Both the position numbers and the translations under genes were made by a program. 64,000 nucleotides of DNA from an uncultured candidate division Zixibacteria bacterium (GTDB lineage: Bacteria; Zixibacteria; MSB-5A5; UBA10806; 4484-95): assembly GCA_963668625.2 (NCBI GenBank), contig CAXXKA010000004.1, forward strand, positions 64,001-128,000, read 5' to 3'. The notes beneath the pieces are model-generated. The model did not search any database. It had not been told where the DNA came from and saw only the letters and a program-made list of their open reading frames with translations. Below are positions 61,516-64,000 of this stretch, one piece after another (position 1 is the first letter of the stretch; each line of letters begins with the position of its first letter).

Positions 61516-62274
61516 TTACGGATTAATAGATACACCAATATTAAGTAAGAAACCTGAAAAATCGAAACACTCGTTTTCTAAATCTCTAATAGTTGTGTTG
61601 CTAAGATAAAGCGAGCTTGTTTTATCTCCAGTGAAACTGAAATCATCACTAACAAGATATCTGTAGCCAAAAAATATTTTTGCCGGCAGAAAACTGAATA
61701 ATTTCCCTCTTGTGCTGAATCCAGCAACAACTCCGAATCCCTGAGCGGTATATGAGATATTATTCGATTGATTGGACAAACTGGCATATTCTTTGGAATC
61801 GAACTTCAATTTACCGAATCCATAACCCGCGCTTAATTCCATAAAGATAGATTTATCCGAGGTCAGGGCATGGCTGCCTTTTACATAAGGAAACCAGAAA
61901 TTATAGGATGTTTTAACTTTAAGATACTTGCTGCTGCTTCCATAATCATCCCAATAATCAGAATAGGTGTGCGATTCCTTGTTATTACCAAAAAGATACG
62001 ATAAACCCAGCCCCAGGAACATACCATTTTTCACTTCATATTCTGATTCAATAAATATAGAGAATCCCCTGGTAATATTAGACGATAAAGGAGAATGATA
62101 TGAAGTATATTCGAATGGATAAATGTTATAAGCGTTTTTGGTATAGTCATAGCTATAGATTGAATAACCCGTACCGACATTGAATATCAGCTTATCGAAT
62201 TCAAATGCGGTTGCAGTATTTGATAAAATCAATGAGTATATTATAACGCTGAGGATAACTATTGCCTTTTTCAT
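61516..62274 (-). CDS. Probable outer-membrane beta-barrel protein
   Basis: Signal peptide; alternating aromatic/Gly strands; GYRYL and DFSGFLLNIGVS C-terminal strands. Confidence 0.7.
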   Translation of the reverse strand: MKKAIVILSVIIYSLILSNTATAFEFDKLIFNVGTGYSIYSYDYTKNAYNIYPFEYTSYHSPLSSNITRGFSIFIESEYEVKNGMFLGLGLSYLFGNNKESHTYSDYWDDYGSSSKYLKVKTSYNFWFPYVKGSHALTSDKSIFMELSAGYGFGKLKFDSKEYASLSNQSNNISYTAQGFGVVAGFSTRGKLFSFLPAKIFFGYRYLVSDDFSFTGDKTSSLYLSNTTIRDLENECFDFSGFLLNIGVSINP

Positions 62275-62311
62275 TATAACTCCTATGATAAAAGTCTACT
62301 CCAAATTTCAG

Positions 62312-63325
62312 TTATCTGTTTGCTAACACAAAGTTAGGGAAATCTTCAAACACCCAATTATTTTTCAAGGTGTCATAGATTATTCCCAGTAATTTTCTGG
62401 CTGTGGCAATGATAGCCTTACCGCTGCCACGACGGTTTTTTATACGATTGTAATATTTACTCAAGTAATGGTTATATCGTATGGCAACAAGCGTACACTG
62501 CACCAGTGTAGTCCGACCAATCTTAGAACCACGCTTGGTAATCCGACCATGATGCTGAATCTCGTTTGAATTGGAAACTCGCGGCACTACGCCAAAATAT
62601 GAGGCCAATTTATCTTTGTCCGAAAAATCAGCAACATCACCAATTACCGAAAGCAACACTGTAGCTGATTTGCTGCCGATTCCTTTGATGCTGGTCAGGT
62701 TCTTATGCCCGTTCAACTTGCGACCCTGATCCTCTATCTGTTTGTCCAGCTTTTTTATCCCCTCATTCAAACTGCGAATCTGATCAACCAATACCTCAAG
62801 CTCAACAGAAACAACCTCATCAAAATTCATCTTTAGAACCCGCTCCAAACTCTTGTTGCTGGAGTAGGCCTCCTTTTTACTCTTGATACCATGATGATTG
62901 AGTATGTTGTGTATTTTATTCTTCAAAGCTGTACGTAACTTGACCAGCTTGTCCCGTGTCCCAACAAGTGAACTGATCTGCGCTTTATCTTTCGTCTTTA
63001 ATCGGGCTTTCGGCAACATGTCTTTGCTCATAAAATAGGCTAAGTTCCTGGCATCGTTTTCATCCGTCTTACTGACTGATGATTTGATTATCTCAAATTT
63101 GTTCGGATCGACGACAACAACTCGCTTGACCAAATGCGATATCTCATCAACGAAATAACGAGTGTTGCCAGTGGCCTCAACCGCTACACAATCCGTCTTT
63201 TTTAATCCTCGTTTAAATTCCTTTAGATCCTTTAGCCGATACTCCTTGATCCTCTCCCGACCACCGGCTGTCAGGTAACACACGGTCAAACTGTTTGTGT
63301 GAAGGTCTACTCCTAAGTACCTCAT
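62312..63325 (-). CDS. IS110-family DEDD recombinase/transposase
   Basis: YLGVDLH, VEATG, KTDENDA, SIKGIG, YFGVVP..SNS, ITKRG, AIIATARKL; GGAG before ATG 63325. Confidence 0.95.
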   Translation of the reverse strand: MRYLGVDLHTNSLTVCYLTAGGRERIKEYRLKDLKEFKRGLKKTDCVAVEATGNTRYFVDEISHLVKRVVVVDPNKFEIIKSSVSKTDENDARNLAYFMSKDMLPKARLKTKDKAQISSLVGTRDKLVKLRTALKNKIHNILNHHGIKSKKEAYSSNKSLERVLKMNFDEVVSVELEVLVDQIRSLNEGIKKLDKQIEDQGRKLNGHKNLTSIKGIGSKSATVLLSVIGDVADFSDKDKLASYFGVVPRVSNSNEIQHHGRITKRGSKIGRTTLVQCTLVAIRYNHYLSKYYNRIKNRRGSGKAIIATARKLLGIIYDTLKNNWVFEDFPNFVLANR

Positions 63326-63334
63326 CTTCTTGCT

Positions 63335-63540
63335 CCATTCTATGGTTATCACTGGAGCAGACTCTCTGTCGGCGCCTACCAAACTCCTATTCAAGGTCTT
63401 TGCCTTATGGTGGCAATTCGGTTACAGGTCTGATTAATCTCCTTTACGAGGTCTGGCCTCAAGCATTCAGTTCAGCCTATAACCTATCCGCTCCAGTTAG
63501 AAATTCATTACCGAAGCTCTAACACCAACAGAATAGATTA
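63335..63540 (-). ncRNA. Putative IS110 bridge/seek RNA
   Basis: Located in the 5' non-coding end; contains AAAGGAG and TGTAAC (target-matching) plus ATAGGAG and ACCAT (donor-matching); boundaries approximate. Confidence 0.6.
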
Positions 63541-63577
63541 GCAAGATGCTTTTATCGTACCATCTCCTTTTGATTAT

Positions 63578-64000
63578 TTATAGGCTAAATGATATACTCG
63601 TCCGGGCGTAAATACCGCTGAGATCGACAGTCAAACCGTTAAGATACTGCCAGTAGGCTGAACCATCATGATAATTAATGCTAATCGATTCGGTTTTAAG
63701 ATATCTGTAGCCTATCTCCCCCCCTATAGGTCGATCTTTAAGATTGATAACCGTGCCGCCTAAAGCCAACGTAAAGCTCGCGCCGGTTAATGAGAAGCTT
63801 TTGTCTTCATCATATATAGATGCGTTAAACCTGCACAGACCGATTCCCATGGTAGCCTTGAAATACGGCGAAAGGGATAGAAAAGTGAAATGATTTTTAA
63901 GAATGATATATGGGTTGACGAAAAACGCTTTAGAATTGAAAATCCCGCTTGCGGATCCCCTCGGATCGCCAGTCAGGCTATACCTCTCGGCATCAAAAAC
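63578..64000 (-). CDS. Probable outer-membrane beta-barrel protein, 5'-truncated; similar to 61516..62274
   Basis: Frame open from the window edge to TAA 63578; EIGYRYL and DLSGIYARTSISF strands resemble the neighbour. Confidence 0.65.
   Translation of the reverse strand, partial: VFDAERYSLTGDPRGSASGIFNSKAFFVNPYIILKNHFTFLSLSPYFKATMGIGLCRFNASIYDEDKSFSLTGASFTLALGGTVINLKDRPIGGEIGYRYLKTESISINYHDGSAYWQYLNGLTVDLSGIYARTSISFSL

Larger units (their letters stand above)
62285..63568 (-). mobile_element. IS110-family element inserted at a Shine-Dalgarno site
   Basis: CTCCT at both junctions (62280-62284, 63564-63568); sub-terminal IR TATGATAAAAG / CTTTTATCGTA; ~240-nt non-coding region upstream of the recombinase. 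Confidence 0.8.

Overview
Bacterial chromosomal window. The secreted-protein repertoire (T9SS/FlgD-like C-terminal sorting domains, Cys-stapled dockerin-like tails, cohesin-like domains) points to an FCB-group organism such as candidate Zixibacteria; this is an inference, not a classification. Core genes: two cyclophilins + dxr, a complete H+-type F1Fo ATP synthase operon (atpZ-I-B-E-F-H-A-G-D-C), citryl-CoA lyase-like gene, pgk-tpiA-secG-tRNA-Leu(GAG), a MacA/MacB-like pair and an NtrC-family regulator. Accessory content: (i) a tandem array of CTD-tagged secreted proteins (one PD40-type propeller, three beta-helix paralogs, the middle one broken by IS4) with near-identical flanks and a divergent core; (ii) five large secreted proteins ending in a variant dockerin plus two proteins with cohesin-like domains, suggesting a non-cellulosomal cohesin-dockerin assembly; (iii) a decaying hemerythrin cluster with sigma28-like promoters; (iv) mobile DNA: two IS4 copies, four IS4-ended MITEs carrying a REP-like doublet, IS256, an IS110 whose upstream non-coding region has segments matching its own target (a Shine-Dalgarno site) and donor junctions, and dense REP-like palindrome mosaics, one of them read in frame inside signal peptides. 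All calls are by eye; no searches were run.
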